A DNA stretch of 63,395 bases, filler included, from Nemertoderma westbladi (GCA_032718475.1; 3 parts of 3 records of this genome joined end to end with filler, not necessarily neighbours in it); one strand, 5' to 3'. Shown: positions 38,712 to 53,002, counted from the first letter of the whole stretch. Notes: generated from the letters alone by a model not told the origin. Program-made: numbers and translations.

Positions 38712-40223
38712 CTAATTATATTTTAGTTCCACTACATCTTTAATTTCGTCTGTTTCGATTGATTTACAGCAACGTTTACTAAACAATGGCTTCTCAAATA
38801 CTTCCTCCATATCTTCTAGAGTTCGACCTTTAGTCTCTGGTACAAACAAATATACATATAAGCAACTGGCTGCTCCTATGGACGCATAGAGAGCAAAAAC
38901 ACCACCTTCGCCAATGGCATTCTTAGTGGTTAAAAAAGTGCTTGCGACTACAACATTTGATAACCAATGAACGCTGGTTGCTATGGAATTGCCAGTACTC
39001 CTGGCCCAATTAGGAAATACCTCTGAATTGATTGTCCATGGGATGGCAGCCACACCAAAACCAAAAGATGCCATGAACAAGGTGACAGCCGTTACAAGCA
39101 AATAGGAGTATCCACTTGTAGATTGGTTGATCGGATCTTTGAAGCAATCTAAATCAGCCATTCGACATCCACCAATCTTGTATCCAGGATCACTTTCCAG
39201 AAGGTATTGGGCAATAGACATTAATGTGGTACTTAACCATACCCCCATGAGACTGGCCAATAGTAGAGGCCGTCTTCCAAGCTTATCCAATAAAGATAGC
39301 CCAATGGCTAAGGTAACAAACAATACGGCTAGAGGAGGAAATTGTACTAGACCCACCCATTTATAATCCACACCAACTGAAAGCATTATTGGAATCATAT
39401 AGTACACTATAGCATTGTAACCCACTGCATGATGTATTATTTGTACTGCACAACTAGTAATCAAGGCTCGCAGTGCTGGTTTATGCATTATAATATCAGT
39501 GAAACCACTTTGACTTGTCGAATTGATATTTTCTAGAATTTTGTCAATGTCCTCACTGACATCCTCTTTGTTCACAAATTGTTTTAACGCGGCTGTTGCT
39601 TCTTCTCTTTTGCCCTTCAATAGTAAGAACCGCGGACTTTCTGGAATAAATAGAAATCCAATAAACTGAACCACTGCCGGAACTGCTCCTAGACCCATTA
39701 ATAATCGCCATCCAGATTCCCTACTCCGAAACTCTTCAGTAGCCAACGCGGCCACAATAAACCCTAATACTTCAATCAACTGTTTGACAGCAACTAAGCG
39801 ACCACGCAACGTTGGTGGAGACACTTCTGCAACATAAATATGAACTGTAGACGATCCCAAACCAAGACCCACTCCTGTTATACAACGTCCTACGATAATT
39901 ACGGCCAGACTATTTGCCAGGGATATAATAATTGGGCCTATGCAGAATGTGACTCCTGATATTAGCATAACTGGGCGTCTTCCTATGTTGTTATTGAGTT
40001 TTCCACCCAATGGTGATGTCAACACAGCCATTCCTATAGTTGAACTGACTATAAACTCATACATCCCAGTGGACATTGGATAAGTTTTACTGATGGCGAC
40101 CATACCCCCTGAGACCACTGCTGTATTGTATCCAGTAAGGAAACCACTTAATGTTGCTAGCACGCAGATGGCATATACTTTACTAGTTGGTTTATCTGAT
40201 TTCGATGACTTCTCGTCATCCAT
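38712..40223 (-). CDS. MFS sugar-porter transporter, proton myo-inositol cotransporter (SLC2A13)-like, intronless, 503 aa
   Basis: GYNTAVVSG, GRR motifs, YVAEVSPPTLRGRL, PESPRFL, PWTINSEVFPNWARSTG, VPETKGRTLE; many hydrophobic segments. Confidence 0.93.
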   Translation of the reverse strand: MDDEKSSKSDKPTSKVYAICVLATLSGFLTGYNTAVVSGGMVAISKTYPMSTGMYEFIVSSTIGMAVLTSPLGGKLNNNIGRRPVMLISGVTFCIGPIIISLANSLAVIIVGRCITGVGLGLGSSTVHIYVAEVSPPTLRGRLVAVKQLIEVLGFIVAALATEEFRSRESGWRLLMGLGAVPAVVQFIGFLFIPESPRFLLLKGKREEATAALKQFVNKEDVSEDIDKILENINSTSQSGFTDIIMHKPALRALITSCAVQIIHHAVGYNAIVYYMIPIMLSVGVDYKWVGLVQFPPLAVLFVTLAIGLSLLDKLGRRPLLLASLMGVWLSTTLMSIAQYLLESDPGYKIGGCRMADLDCFKDPINQSTSGYSYLLVTAVTLFMASFGFGVAAIPWTINSEVFPNWARSTGNSIATSVHWLSNVVVASTFLTTKNAIGEGGVFALYASIGAASCLYVYLFVPETKGRTLEDMEEVFEKPLFSKRCCKSIETDEIKDVVELKYN

Positions 40224-41959
40224 TGTTTATAATTAAATTCCACTAAATTATTGTTTGGGACCAGTATAGACCAGTATAGCTACTAAAAATACTTTTATAC
40301 AGGTACACTATTATATTATTGTTCAAGCACTCTTACTCTTTGTCCACTAAATAATTTTTTAATGAAACGTCATTTTTTTATCATGTAGTTTGAAATTTAA
40401 AAACTACTATTTCCACACCCTGGAGAAGCTTCACCAGAGAGGTAGAATATTACAATTTGTATATATTTTACTCGACATAATGTATGTTATATAAACTTGT
40501 ATGTCTAGAACCTTATAGGATAGGATATTCAAAACATAAACTTATATTTTTGTCCAATTTTTTTGCTATTCAAAATTGCTCTGATCGTTTTTTAAAATTT
40601 AATCTGAAACTCATGAGTAATCGGAAAATCAGTTAAAACAGTCTGAAAAAAATATTTCCAAAATTATTTGAAAATTTAATTCATTAATATTGTATGTTAT
40701 TAATATCAATGGTCTTTTCTCAAAAGTTTGAAATCCAAAATCTCCAAAGCACAAGCAAGTACATTATTAACAAGCATAAATATGATTAGTGCCAGTTTGT
40801 GGTGCTGCCTTCCAGTGGTTAGTTTCTTAAATTTATCTTTATTTAATTCCTCTAATTTAAATCTTTATTTAATTTTGGAAATTTTAAATAAGCATCAGTA
40901 AGGATTTTCACTAATTTACAGTAGTAAATAAATATAATTCACTGTAATAAATGATATAATATATTAATCTGGTATTTGTAATGTATATCGTATGGTTACG
41001 TTTTAAATAAACATTTTTCTTATTTCCTTTTAGAATTATAAAAATGAATATTCAATTCACTGAAAATGAAAGGCACACAATCAATGCAGATATGCTTTAT
41101 TACTGTTCTCTAATGTATTCACTCTCTCCCAAGCTCTAGATTATGTACTATATACAACATTAGCAGCTGTTGCCTTCACCGCGATTGCTATAGGAAGAGC
41201 TCAAGCCATACATGTAGGTACAGGAGCTTATTGCATTCTTTCTTCCAATGACCACCATTAGTGGCAATGTATGAACATATGGAAGTCAAACGATCAATAT
41301 TTTACAAACAGAACGAATGCTAGTCGTTATATGTCATGTGCTTTACTGGTATGGTTTGCAAAACGACTTCATAATTATTATAGTAGTCGCCACCCCGTTA
41401 AAATTTAGTAAATTAGCTTCCTGCAGTTAGTTGAGTTTATTGACGGATTAAATTAAAATAAGGTGAACAACATAGAAAAAATAGAAAAAATTATACAAAC
41501 CAAATTAATGTATACAAAGGGTTATGGGTGCCAAATCAAGGCGTCGAAAAGGTAAAAAGAGGATAACGGGATTACCAGACATTATTGGCCTCTGTTGGCT
41601 GTATCATAATATTATCTAGGCATAAATTATAATAATCTACAGTTCGTATTCGTAAAGTAAGCAAAACTATACACCTACTTCAAATTTATTTAAAGTGTTA
41701 TAAAGTTATTAAATTATGAATGGGAGAATCATTTAGGCTCGTTAAGCCAAGGAATGCCTGTTCACCACCATGGCTGATCTTCCACAGTAAACCCTTCCAC
41801 TTTGTTTCCCAAGTTGCCTTGGTTCCCAGTTATTAAATTATGACAACCATAAAGAACCTGAACAATAATTTAATTAGTTTTATCAAGAGCAAAACGAGAA
41901 TCACCCCCATTATTATATAATGTACAAGGACCAACACGGTTAACATATTAACATGGCTT

Positions 41960-42435
41960 CTACTACTACTAGGATCGGCATGCTGCATTGCAGCTGCATT
42001 TGTAAGAATGCTGTGCCGGATCGTCGGCAAAATTGCACCGCCACAACTCCCTATCACCCATGACATTTGCTAGATCATCCGCATCCTCAAGGCCTGTATC
42101 CTTTAAGATGCGTCTCAAGAAAGTCATGGGCTGATCACCATGCTTATTTTCTCCATGTGGCAGCCAAAGCACAATATTGTGCACAGGCTGGTCCTCAAGG
42201 CGAAAGCAATGTCCTGCAAAGCGGAGGCAGCTTTATTATAGTGCGAAGCTTGGGGGAACCAATGCGACACCTCCAATTTATATAGTGTCTGGTTGGAGAT
42301 GTGGCATTGTACTTGACACAGTAGTAAACCCAGCGTAGCATTCTTGTGAACGTGCCATCCACAGATTTATTATTGGTGTTATGGTTGAATCCAGAGATTT
42401 GGTGTCCTCAGCAGTTAGACCCCAGCATGGACTCA
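41960..42435 (-). mobile_element. 5'-truncated RTE copy
   Basis: Same 3' end and (TAG)n tail as 28624; ATTAACATGGC at 41947 and 42457 is a possible TSD. Confidence 0.9.
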
Positions 42436-43367
42436 TGGACAGCATTAACAGCAAGGATTAACATGGCGATATATGAACAAACGAGATAAATCGGGTGAAA
42501 ACTAGTAAATAAATGGGATCCACTAAATCATAAACATAAATACATGACATATTTAATGACATATCTGTTATGAGAATTCCTTATTGTCAAGTTTTATAGA
42601 ATTCGCCAGATTGTTCCAATGTTGACATACACAGAACGACCAAGATAAGGTTAATATTTACAATTTTATACAAACAAACACAAACAAGATAAAACATGAT
42701 GCAATTAATGGGCTAGTAATAATACTTAGTAGTAATGGCGAAGATAGGGTTGTAATATACAACCACACAACTAATTAATACACAATGAAAAATAAGTGAT
42801 ACAACAAAATAAAAATGAACAAATATCAAAGATACAGAGATACAGAGATTTCGTTTTGGCTATATTTTATATTTGTATAGAATTTCAATAATTTGGTGAG
42901 TGATATGATAAATTAGGGAGTTTATTTAGTCTGTAACTAATCACTGGGAAGCAGCACCCCAAACTTGGGCCAATGACGATTCTGCTTGTTGATGACTGGC
43001 TTGCGTCTGTATATTAAAACATTTCCTATATTTTGAAAAACATGCCGTAGTAGATGTCGATAACTTAAAGAAATAAACTAATTGGAAACAATTATGTTGC
43101 TATGGTAGGCCTAACCCCCTGCCACAATTCATAAAGAAACAAGGGTTTTAGAAAGGTGCGTTAATAATTAATTTTAAGAGTAAACATTTTAACATTTTAA
43201 AGCATTTACAAATTAGTACTTTGTTAAGGAATTACACGAACTTAAGATTGCCATGGGTCTTGAATAATTGTAGGAATTCTATGACGAAATAATTATACGT
43301 AAAACACTCATAATTAAGCACCAACAATTCAATCACCATTCACCAGTTAAGATAAAATTTAATAAAG

Positions 43368-44330
43368 TTAGTATTGTTCTGATAGGTCAGACCCCCGCAG
43401 ACCCGCACCATCCCCAAAAGCGAGCGCCCTCCACGTCTGCCGACCTCCACGTAAGCAGGGGGAATTGGAGCAGATGAGCACAAACTGGAGCCGCCTCCAA
43501 ACTCCGCTGAGAACGGACGCAAGGCCTCGTTCGCACATCCCCTGCTGCTGTGTCATAAGGGTCTCTGCAAGGTGGCGAATCAGTATGTTGGCCTCCTTGC
43601 ACCACACCCCATTGGTAGTTTCAACTAAGGGGGTGAAAGAGATCCGACGATACTCACACACTGCGCTATAGTGTACCTTCTTTGCTGGGACTCGCTGCTC
43701 GAAGATGGAGACCAGTGACCAATTCACATATGAGGGGGCCGACTGTACGACGCCATTCATTGGGATGAAAGGAGCGCCGACTCCTGCACAGTCTTGTAAG
43801 CGGTGTCCAGTGAGGTACAACTCTGGGCAAGGGCTGAAGCAAGGCAAGCAGAGTAGTCCACCACATGAAGATGGCGACCTGTCATCAGTGCTTCAACGAG
43901 CCTGACTGTTCTGGCGAGAGACACCTCCCTAGGTATCCTCCTCATCAATGGGTCCCAGATCCCAGGTGACGGACCGGGAGGAGAACCAACTCCTCGTCGA
44001 CTGTACTGGGGAAGTACCAAACAGAGCCGGAAGGAAACGGTTCACCAGTCTATTGTGGATTGGGACAAGGTCGTCATTAGTGGTGTCCACCACCCGGAGC
44101 AGGTAGTCCCACTCCGCCTGGATACAGTGGGTCATCCCTGTATGGGCGGCAGTCTGGATGTACTCCTTGGACACCTCCAAGAGAATATCTATGCTCCTCA
44201 CACATCCCACAACCGCGCTAGTGTTGCATGCTGAGGTTTGACCACTAGATAACTCTTTGTGGGCTCCGGGTTGTATCCGATTCGAGGCCCACGAGGCACG
44301 GAGCATTTCCTCCCACCAACACCTTGAATA
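43368..44330 (-). mobile_element. CRE-like non-LTR retrotransposon 3' fragment with restriction-like endonuclease region
   Basis: IQAEWDYLLRV...FLPALFG and AKKVHYSAVCEYRRISFTPLVETTNGVWCKEA; GC-rich and frameshifted. Confidence 0.6.
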
Positions 44331-44336
44331 CTTTCA

Positions 44337-45762
44337 AATCCTCCTGCTTTTAGTGTCTCCTAACATTTTCATTTTCAAGTTTTTAAATTTCATATGGTAT
44401 AAATGAGACATTTGCAATTATTACCTTTGAAAATGTTTTGGAAAATTTCTACATTGTTTAGAGATTTTGGTATCATTAGAAAGACTATTTTAATTTGTAA
44501 ACTAGTCATACTATATTTGATTTGGCAGTAAATCTCGATGTGTCCCCCGCCGACATTCTGAACCTTAGCCAGTCTGCGGATTAGCTCAGAGTAGCAGTTC
44601 TGGGGGTGAGCAGTAGGTGTAGATTGAAAAGCAACACTAATTGCATTTCGCAGTTCGGTCAGGTTGGCAAGAGGCTGGCTGTACAGAATGTTGTTTAGAA
44701 GACCCCACAAATAAAAGTCACAGGGGGTGGGGTCTGATGATCTAGGGGCCATGTTTTCGGACCATCTCGACCAATCTATCTACCAGGAAACACATATTCA
44801 TGTATGTCCCCACAATAAGTCCCCAATGTAGTGGAGCACCATCTTGCTGGAAGACAACATATCAGCTTTCGCCAATGCTAGGCAGAAAAAACGTCTGTAA
44901 CATCTGCAAATAATTAGTACTTCTGACAGTTCCTTCAAACAGGTACGGTCCTATAATGCAGCTTTCGGACATTGAAGGACATAGACAGTTACTTTAGGAG
45001 AGTCTCTAAAATGCTCTCTATTTTATGGGGGTTATCTTTACCTCAAACACAGAGTTCCATCGATTATCCCGGCCATTCAGGGCAGGTGGAATGTGACTTC
45101 ATCACTGAAGAAGACTCGCTCTATGTCATTGTTCTGCAAAGTCTGAGAGATTTCTCCAGCAGCGATAAGTCTTGTGGGGTAATCAGAAGGTTTTAGACCA
45201 TGACTCCTTTGAATTTTATATGGCTTAAATCTCCGTTTACTTTGACGGTTAATCAATGCTATGGGTGCTACCTCGACTCAATTTTATTAAGGTGTAGCGG
45301 AGTTATTTGAAAACGAAAACGGGTCAAATTTTGTGGGACACAAATTTTGTGAAACTCACTTGTTATGTGGTGTAACTTGTGTATAGTCTAGCTAAATCAA
45401 ATCAAATACAGTATCACTAGTTTATAAATTCAAATTGTCTTTCTAATGATACCAAAATCTCAAAACAACTTAGAAAATTTCCAAAACATTCTTCAAAGGC
45501 AATAATTGCAAATGTCTCATTCATACCAGAAACCAGATGAAATTTAATAAACATAAAATGAAAATGTCTGGAGTCACTACAAGCAGGAGTTTTATGAACT
45601 GCGCCAGGGGGTTACCACAGCAACATAATTGTTTCCAACAAGTTTCTTTCTTTAAGTTAGCACTCTAGCTTTCAAATGATACCAATAATCCCAAATTTTA
45701 TTAAGGTGCAGCGGAGTTATTCGAAAACAAAACCGTGTCAAATATTGTGGGACACCCTGTAT
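44337..45762 (-). mobile_element. Decayed Tc1/mariner-superfamily element with long inverted repeats
   Basis: FQQDGAPLH and APRSSDPTPCDFYLWG...GGGHIE. 44340-44505 is inverted at 45416-45590. Terminus TGTGGGACACCCTG-TA near 45760. Confidence 0.85.
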
Positions 45763-47326
45763 ATCAGATTAACATTCGCATCCAGGCACCATATATGAGG
45801 CTGATAATAGTTTGTGAGTATATGATTATGGATGTTTTGTGAAAAGTAGTGGTGAATGGAAAATTGTTTTAGGAATGGATGGTATCAAAATAGCGAAGCT
45901 AGTAACCTGATACCAACCAGAGGTTAGATTAAATATGTTTTTACATTGAAATGTGGTACTTGAATGATGGTGAGGAGGTGGGGGGTGGGAAAGGGGAAAT
46001 GGATGGATGGGGGGGGGGGGATTACTATGCAAAATGAAATTGTAAATTAACCGAAAAGATGATTGCATATATATTTATTTATATATACAGTAGTCTGGAT
46101 GGCCTACACACTAAGAAATACATGTAACAATAGGCCTACATAAGAGAGTTAGGGCAGTATAGACTGATTTAGAGCTTCATTATTATTACTCTAACTAACT
46201 GTTGAGTGTAAAATCCCAAATGATTGGGCCAAAGTTGTCCCAGATACGAAAATAATTAGGTTCCAACGTGGTCCACCCCATGATAACTGTATATATAACT
46301 GTGATAATTGTATATAATGACGGATGTAAAACAATGGTGTTCAAATATATTTGTAGAATTAGTAATAACCGGGATTATTTCATTCTATGCCTAGCTAGCG
46401 TTACAAGCGTAATTAATAAATAAATAAATATGTCTTCGTCGATATTGTACCAGTTACACCTCAGTTATTCTTTCCTTATAGTCATGGGGGTTTCTGTTAG
46501 AAAGCTGGCCATTCAAGGAGTTTAAATATGTAACACAAATGAATTTCCTCGTAAAATAACTGCGGTATGAGCGTTCTAAAGTTGCATGATTTTGCACCTG
46601 CCATTTCATTCTATTTAATTTAATAAATACTTATCCTTCCATGTTGGTTTCCCCGTTGGTTTCCCGGTGATGATTCATGATCCAAGTGAGACTTTTGAAT
46701 AGAAATATGTAGATACTGAGAACATCCGAGGGAGAGAATGATCTATCACAGCTCGACGATATTCATACATAATCAAAATGTTCCAGAACATTGTGTATTT
46801 ATTTAATAGAATAAATGGCCTGCAGCGGAAGCAAATACATGCAAAATTCGAATGCCCATATCTCAGCTATTTCTGTCAGCTTTCCACTAGTACCAACAAA
46901 TCATTAAATGTTTGAAGAATAACTGCGGTGTAACTGGTGCAAGATCGACGGAGACACTTTATTTAAACGCTTGTAGCTAAAGAATGAAAGCAAACATACA
47001 AATTCTGGCTCACCCACTAAGGAGGAGGGAGATGAAAGTAACTCTGTTTCAAATTTCATGCAATCTCATTACGATTTGTAGAAAAATTTGGGGGGGGGGG
47101 GGTCCATGTACCAGAATAACGACACTATATTCCAGGACATGCTGAATGTGTATATTGGTTGTAAAATTTTGTATGGGCTTCCAAAATTTATCCTGTACAT
47201 AGATATAAATAATATATTGATATTTATTATATACATACATATATTAAAAGACTAAGTTCTAAGTTCATTCGATATTCTGACGGCAAGCCTGTTCATCTTC
47301 AGCTCCCAAACCACAACACATACCCT

Positions 47327-48585
47327 TACTACTACTACTACTACTACTATGATCGGCATGCTGCATTGCAGCTGCATTTTTAAGAATTCTGTGCCGGCTT
47401 ATCGACAAAATTGCACTGCCACAACTCCCTATCACCCATGACATTTGCTAGATCATCCGCATCTTCAAGTCAAGTGTCCTTTAAGATGCGTCTCAAGAAA
47501 GTCATGGGCTGTCCACCATGCTTATTCACTCCATGAGGCTGCCAAAGTACAAGATTATGCACTGGCTGGTCCTCACGGCGAAAGCAATGTCCTGCAAAGC
47601 GGAGGCGATTTTGTTCTAGTGTCAAGCTTGGGGAACCAATGAGACACCTCTCATAGCAATGTTATATAGTGTCTGGTTGGAGATGTCTGCATTGTACTTG
47701 ACACAATGAACCCGGCGTAGCATTCTTGTGAAAGTGCCATCCAGAGATTTGGTGTCCTCAGCAGTTAGAGCCCAGCATGGACTCCCATAGAGGAGTACTG
47801 GAACTACTGCTGCTCTAAATAATCGGACCTTAAGTTTCCGATTAATTCTCGGTGACTTCCAAATCCTGGAAAGCCTATTCAAGGCTGCCCATGCCTTTCC
47901 CTTACGTATTCGAAGGTCCTCACCTGACTTCCGGATCCATGATCCCAGATAACAGAAGTCATCCACATGCTCAAGCATACCATCTTTTGAGCTTATGCTC
48001 ATCTGATCAGAGACTTGCTGAGGACTTTGTAAGTTAACTGTCAAAATTTTGGTCTTTCTGGAGTTAATAAAAAGACCAACACTAGAAGCAGCATGTTCTA
48101 ATGAGCTGAAGAGCCGTTGGGCTCCCTCTAGTGATTCTGAGAGTACTCCTAAGTCGTCAGCAAAGTCTAGATAAGTTAGGTACTTGGCAGGATTTCCTCG
48201 ACTTCTGGAGCCAGTAGGTGGAGTTATCATCACCCCATCATCATTATGATGATCTAAGGACATGTGTAGAGCATAGTCAACAACAATTATGAACAAGAAT
48301 GGTGCAAGTGTGTCTCCCTGGAGGACGCCCCATAACACTTCAAATGGTTCTGTGTCACCGTTAACAGTAGACACAAATGTTGTCGAACCATCGTATACTG
48401 ATCTGATTGCTGCAATAATTTCATCAGGAATCCCATATAATGAAAGTATGCTGAACATACGTGAGCGAGAGACTGAATGAAAGGCCTTGAAGAAGTCAAC
48501 AAAGATAACAGCCAGATGCCTGTCTTTCTTTTTTGATAACTCTTCAATTATCCTTCTCAGTGCCAAAATGGGCTCCAGGGTCCCA
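47327..48585 (-). mobile_element. RTE copy (RT region) running into a gap
   Basis: ORF 47622..48566 is near-identical to 28664..29809; (TAG)n tail. Confidence 0.93.
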
Positions 48586-48685
48586 NNNNNNNNNNNNNNN
48601 NNNNNNNNNNNNNNNNNNNNNNNNNNNNNTTAATTAATTAANNNNNNNNNNNNNNNNNNNNNNNNNNNNNNNNNNNNNNNNNNNN
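48586..48685. other. Scaffold gap with artificial linker
   Basis: 44 N + TTAATTAATTAA + 44 N. Confidence 0.97.
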
Positions 48686-51612
48686 ACATGACCTAACAGT
48701 TAGGTCATAGAGCACTTCCACGCACTTTCACATGACCTAACAGTTAGGTCATAGAGCACTTCCACGCACTTTCATATGACCTAACAGTTAGGTCATAGAG
48801 CACTTCCACGCACTTTCACATGACCTAACAGTTAGGTCATAGAGCACTTCCACGCACTTTCATAAGACCTAACAGTTAGGTCATAGAGCACTTCCACGCA
48901 CTTTCACATGACCTAACAGTTAGGTCATAGAGCACTTCCACGCACTTTCACATGACCTAACAGTTAGGTCATAGAGCACTTCCACGCACTTTCATATGAC
49001 CTAACAGTTAGGTCATAGAGCACTTCCACGCACTTTCACATGACCTAACAGTTAGGTCATAGAGCACTTCCACGCACTTTCACATGACCTAACAGTTAGG
49101 TCATAGAGCACTTCCACGCACTTTCATATGACCTAACAGTTAGGTCATAGAGCACTTCCACGCACTTTCATATGACCTAACAGTTAGGTCATAGAGCACT
49201 TCCACGCACTTTCATATGACCTAACAGTTAGGTCATAGAGCACTTCCACGCACTTTCATATGACCTAACAGTTAGGTCATAGAGCACTTCCACGCACTTT
49301 CACATGACCTAACAGTTAGGTCATAGAGCACTTCCACGCACTTTCATATGACCTAACAGTTAGGTCATAGAGCACTTCCACGCACTTTCACATGACCTAA
49401 CAGTTAGGTCATAGAGCACTTCCACGCACTTTCACATGACCTAACAGTTAGGTCATAGAGCACTTCCACGCACTTTCATATGACCTAACAGTTAGGTCAT
49501 AGAGCACTTCCACGCACTTTCACATGACCTAACAGTTAGGTCATAGAGCACTTCCACGCACTTTCATATGACCTAACAGTTAGGTCATAGAGCACTTCCA
49601 CGCACTTTCACATGACCTAACAGTTAGGTCATAGAGCACTTCCACGCACTTTCACATGACCTAACAGTTAGGTCATAGAGCACTTCCACGCACTTTCATA
49701 TGACCTAACAGTTAGGTCATAGAGCACTTCCACGCACTTTCACATGACCTAACAGTTAGGTCATAGAGCACTTCCACGCACTTTCACATGACCTAACAGT
49801 TAGGTCATAGAGCACTTCCACGCACTTTCATATGACCTAACAGTTAGGTCATAGAGCACTTCCACGCACTTTCATATGACCTAACAGTTAGGTCATAGAG
49901 CACTTCCACGCACTTTCATATGACCTAACAGTTAGGTCATAGAGCACTTCCACGCACTTTCATATGACCTAACAGTTAGGTCATAGAGCACTTCCACGCA
50001 CTTTCATATGACCTAACAGTTAGGTCATAGAGCACTTCCACGCACTTTCATATGACCTAACAGTTAGGTCATAGAGCACTTCCACGCACTTTCATATGAC
50101 CTAACAGTTAGGTCATAGAGCACTTCCACGCACTTTCATATGACCTAACAGTTAGGTCATAGAGCACTTCCACGCACTTTCACATGATCTAACAGTTAGG
50201 TCATAGAGCACTTCCACGCACTTTCACATGACCTAACAGTTAGGTCATAGAGCACTTCCACGCACTTTCATATGACCTAACAGTTAGGTCATAGAGCACT
50301 TCCACGCACTTTCACATGACCTAACAGTTAGGTCATAGAGCACTTCCACGCACTTTCATAAGACCTAACAGTTAGGTCATAGAGCACTTCCACGCACTTT
50401 CACATGACCTAACAGTTAGGTCATAGAGCACTTCCACGCACTTTCACATGACCTAACAGTTAGGTCATAGAGCACTTCCACGCACTTTCATATGACCTAA
50501 CAGTTAGGTCATAGAGCACTTCCACGCACTTTCACATGACCTAACAGTTAGGTCATAGAGCACTTCCACGCACTTTCACATGACCTAACAGTTAGGTCAT
50601 AGAGCACTTCCACGCACTTTCATATGACCTAACAGTTAGGTCATAGAGCACTTCCACGCACTTTCATATGACCTAACAGTTAGGTCATAGAGCACTTCCA
50701 CGCACTTTCATATGACCTAACAGTTAGGTCATAGAGCACTTCCACGCACTTTCATATGACCTAACAGTTAGGTCATAGAGCACTTCCACGCACTTTCACA
50801 TGACCTAACAGATGGGTCATAGAGCACTTCCACGCACTTTCATATGACCTAACAGTTAGGTCATAGAGCACTTCCACGCACTTTCATATGACCTAACAGT
50901 TAGGTCATAGAGCACTTCCACGCACTTTCATATGACCTAACAGTTAGGTCATAGAGCACTTCCACGCACTTTCATATGACCTAACAGTTAGGTCATAGAG
51001 CACTTCCACGCACTTTCATATGACCTAACAGTTAGGTCATAGAGCACTTCCACGCACTTTCACATGATCTAACAGTTAGGTCATAGAGCACTTCCACGCA
51101 CTTTCACATGACCTAACAGTTAGGTCATAGAGCACTTCCACGCACTTTCATATGACCTAACAGTTAGGTCATAGAGCACTTCCACGCACTTTCACATGAC
51201 CTAACAGTTAGGTCATAGAGCACTTCCACGCACTTTCATAAGACCTAACAGTTAGGTCATAGAGCACTTCCACGCACTTTCACATGACCTAACAGTTAGG
51301 TCATAGAGCACTTCCACGCACTTTCACATGACCTAACAGTTAGGTCATAGAGCACTTCCACGCACTTTCATATGACCTAACAGTTAGGTCATAGAGCACT
51401 TCCACGCACTTTCACATGACCTAACAGTTAGGTCATAGAGCACTTCCACGCACTTTCACATGACCTAACAGTTAGGTCATAGAGCACTTCCACGCACTTT
51501 CATATGACCTAACAGTTAGGTCATAGAGCACTTCCACGCACTTTCATATGACCTAACAGTTAGGTCATAGAGCACTTCCACGCACTTTCATATGACCTAA
51601 CAGTTAGGTCAT
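48686..51612. repeat. 44-bp palindrome-containing tandem array (~66 copies)
   Basis: Unit YATGACCTAACAGTTAGGTCATAGAGCACTTCCACGCACTTTCA. Confidence 0.98.
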
Positions 51613-53002
51613 AGGCGTCAAGGGGTTTTAATGGAGGGGGGGGGGGGGGGGGGGTGGTTCACTAATTAACTACAAATATTCATCCTCTTATTTAGGATAA
51701 TGGATTTTATCCAAATTAATTGATGTTTTGCACACTTGTATACAATAGCAGTGGATAAAAACGTTTCCAAATTTTTTAATTTATCACCTTTTGGAACGCT
51801 TTTAGAGGGATGGTTATCAAGTGCCCCAAATTTCATCATTTGTGATCAATGGCATCATGAAACGACCCTACTACCAGAATGTGTTAAATATGTTAAATAT
51901 TTCAGTGAAAGCGGTCATAGGAGTTGCTAAGCACCACCCAATCATCATTCATGCCAAATTTCACACGAATTCGCTCACTTTTGGAAAAACCTTTGTATTT
52001 TGAAATTTAACATTTGCATTCTTCACAAAACGCATTTTAAAGTTTATCGTTAGGGGAATTTAATTAATTCAAATGTTAGAATGCACACAATGACACAACC
52101 CAGCTGAAAATATTTTTGGAAGGGTTTTTCGGGGCGGTGATTTCATTTCTGAAGTCAGTTTTATCATATGACAGCGTCATGTCTATCTGAATTGCTCTCT
52201 GTCTGTCCGTCGAAATGTGACCGACGCGACAGCTGGACATAAAATGTGGATGACGAATACATGAAAACTGGCATCGGAAATGAAATCGGCAACCAGGAAA
52301 ACCACAACAAAAAAAATTCTCTAGCTTGGTGGTAGGGCCTATGGTTATGTATTTAATTATAATATTATATTATGGTTGTATATTTTGACAGATAGATCGT
52401 CGGACGGACAGACAGACATAAAAACATAATAGTTTTCGTTAAAAGTGAAAATTTGCGTTTGTAATGATATCAGCGAACAGGAAAACCCCCAATAACATAA
52501 GTTTTAGCTAGACAGAATGCTTTTGTTATCTTTTGAGAGACAAACTGACAGAAACACAATCCCAGACAGACACTTAAACACAGAGTAAGGTCAACATTAT
52601 TACTCATAACTTTTGAACTACATTAGCTATTAACAAACGGTTTGAAGTTTTGAATTTTTTGAAAAATCTGTACTGAGTAAACACCAACCCCCCTAAACGT
52701 CACTGAGCTGCCGTGACTAGCACTAGATTATCTCAATTGTTTCGTTTATTTTATTTTCCTACATCAGTTTTGGAGGCGCACATAGAAGTACGCTTAAGAA
52801 CAATTATTAGATTTTATAATATTTGTTAATTTAATAATATTTGGGAATGTAATTTCATCTGAATAAGACAAACTGTGATTCTTTATTTTATTTATTTTTT
52901 TCTCTAATAAATAAATTGATTTGCTATAAACCTTATTAAAGTTTTACATTTATTTCTCGGGGGGGGGGGGGGGGGGGGGGGGGGGGGAGGGGTACTCAAC
53001 GA

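Noticed and set aside
48686-51612. CRISPR-like appearance of palindromic repeats
   Set aside because: Intervening sequences are identical rather than unique spacers; no cas genes; eukaryotic context.
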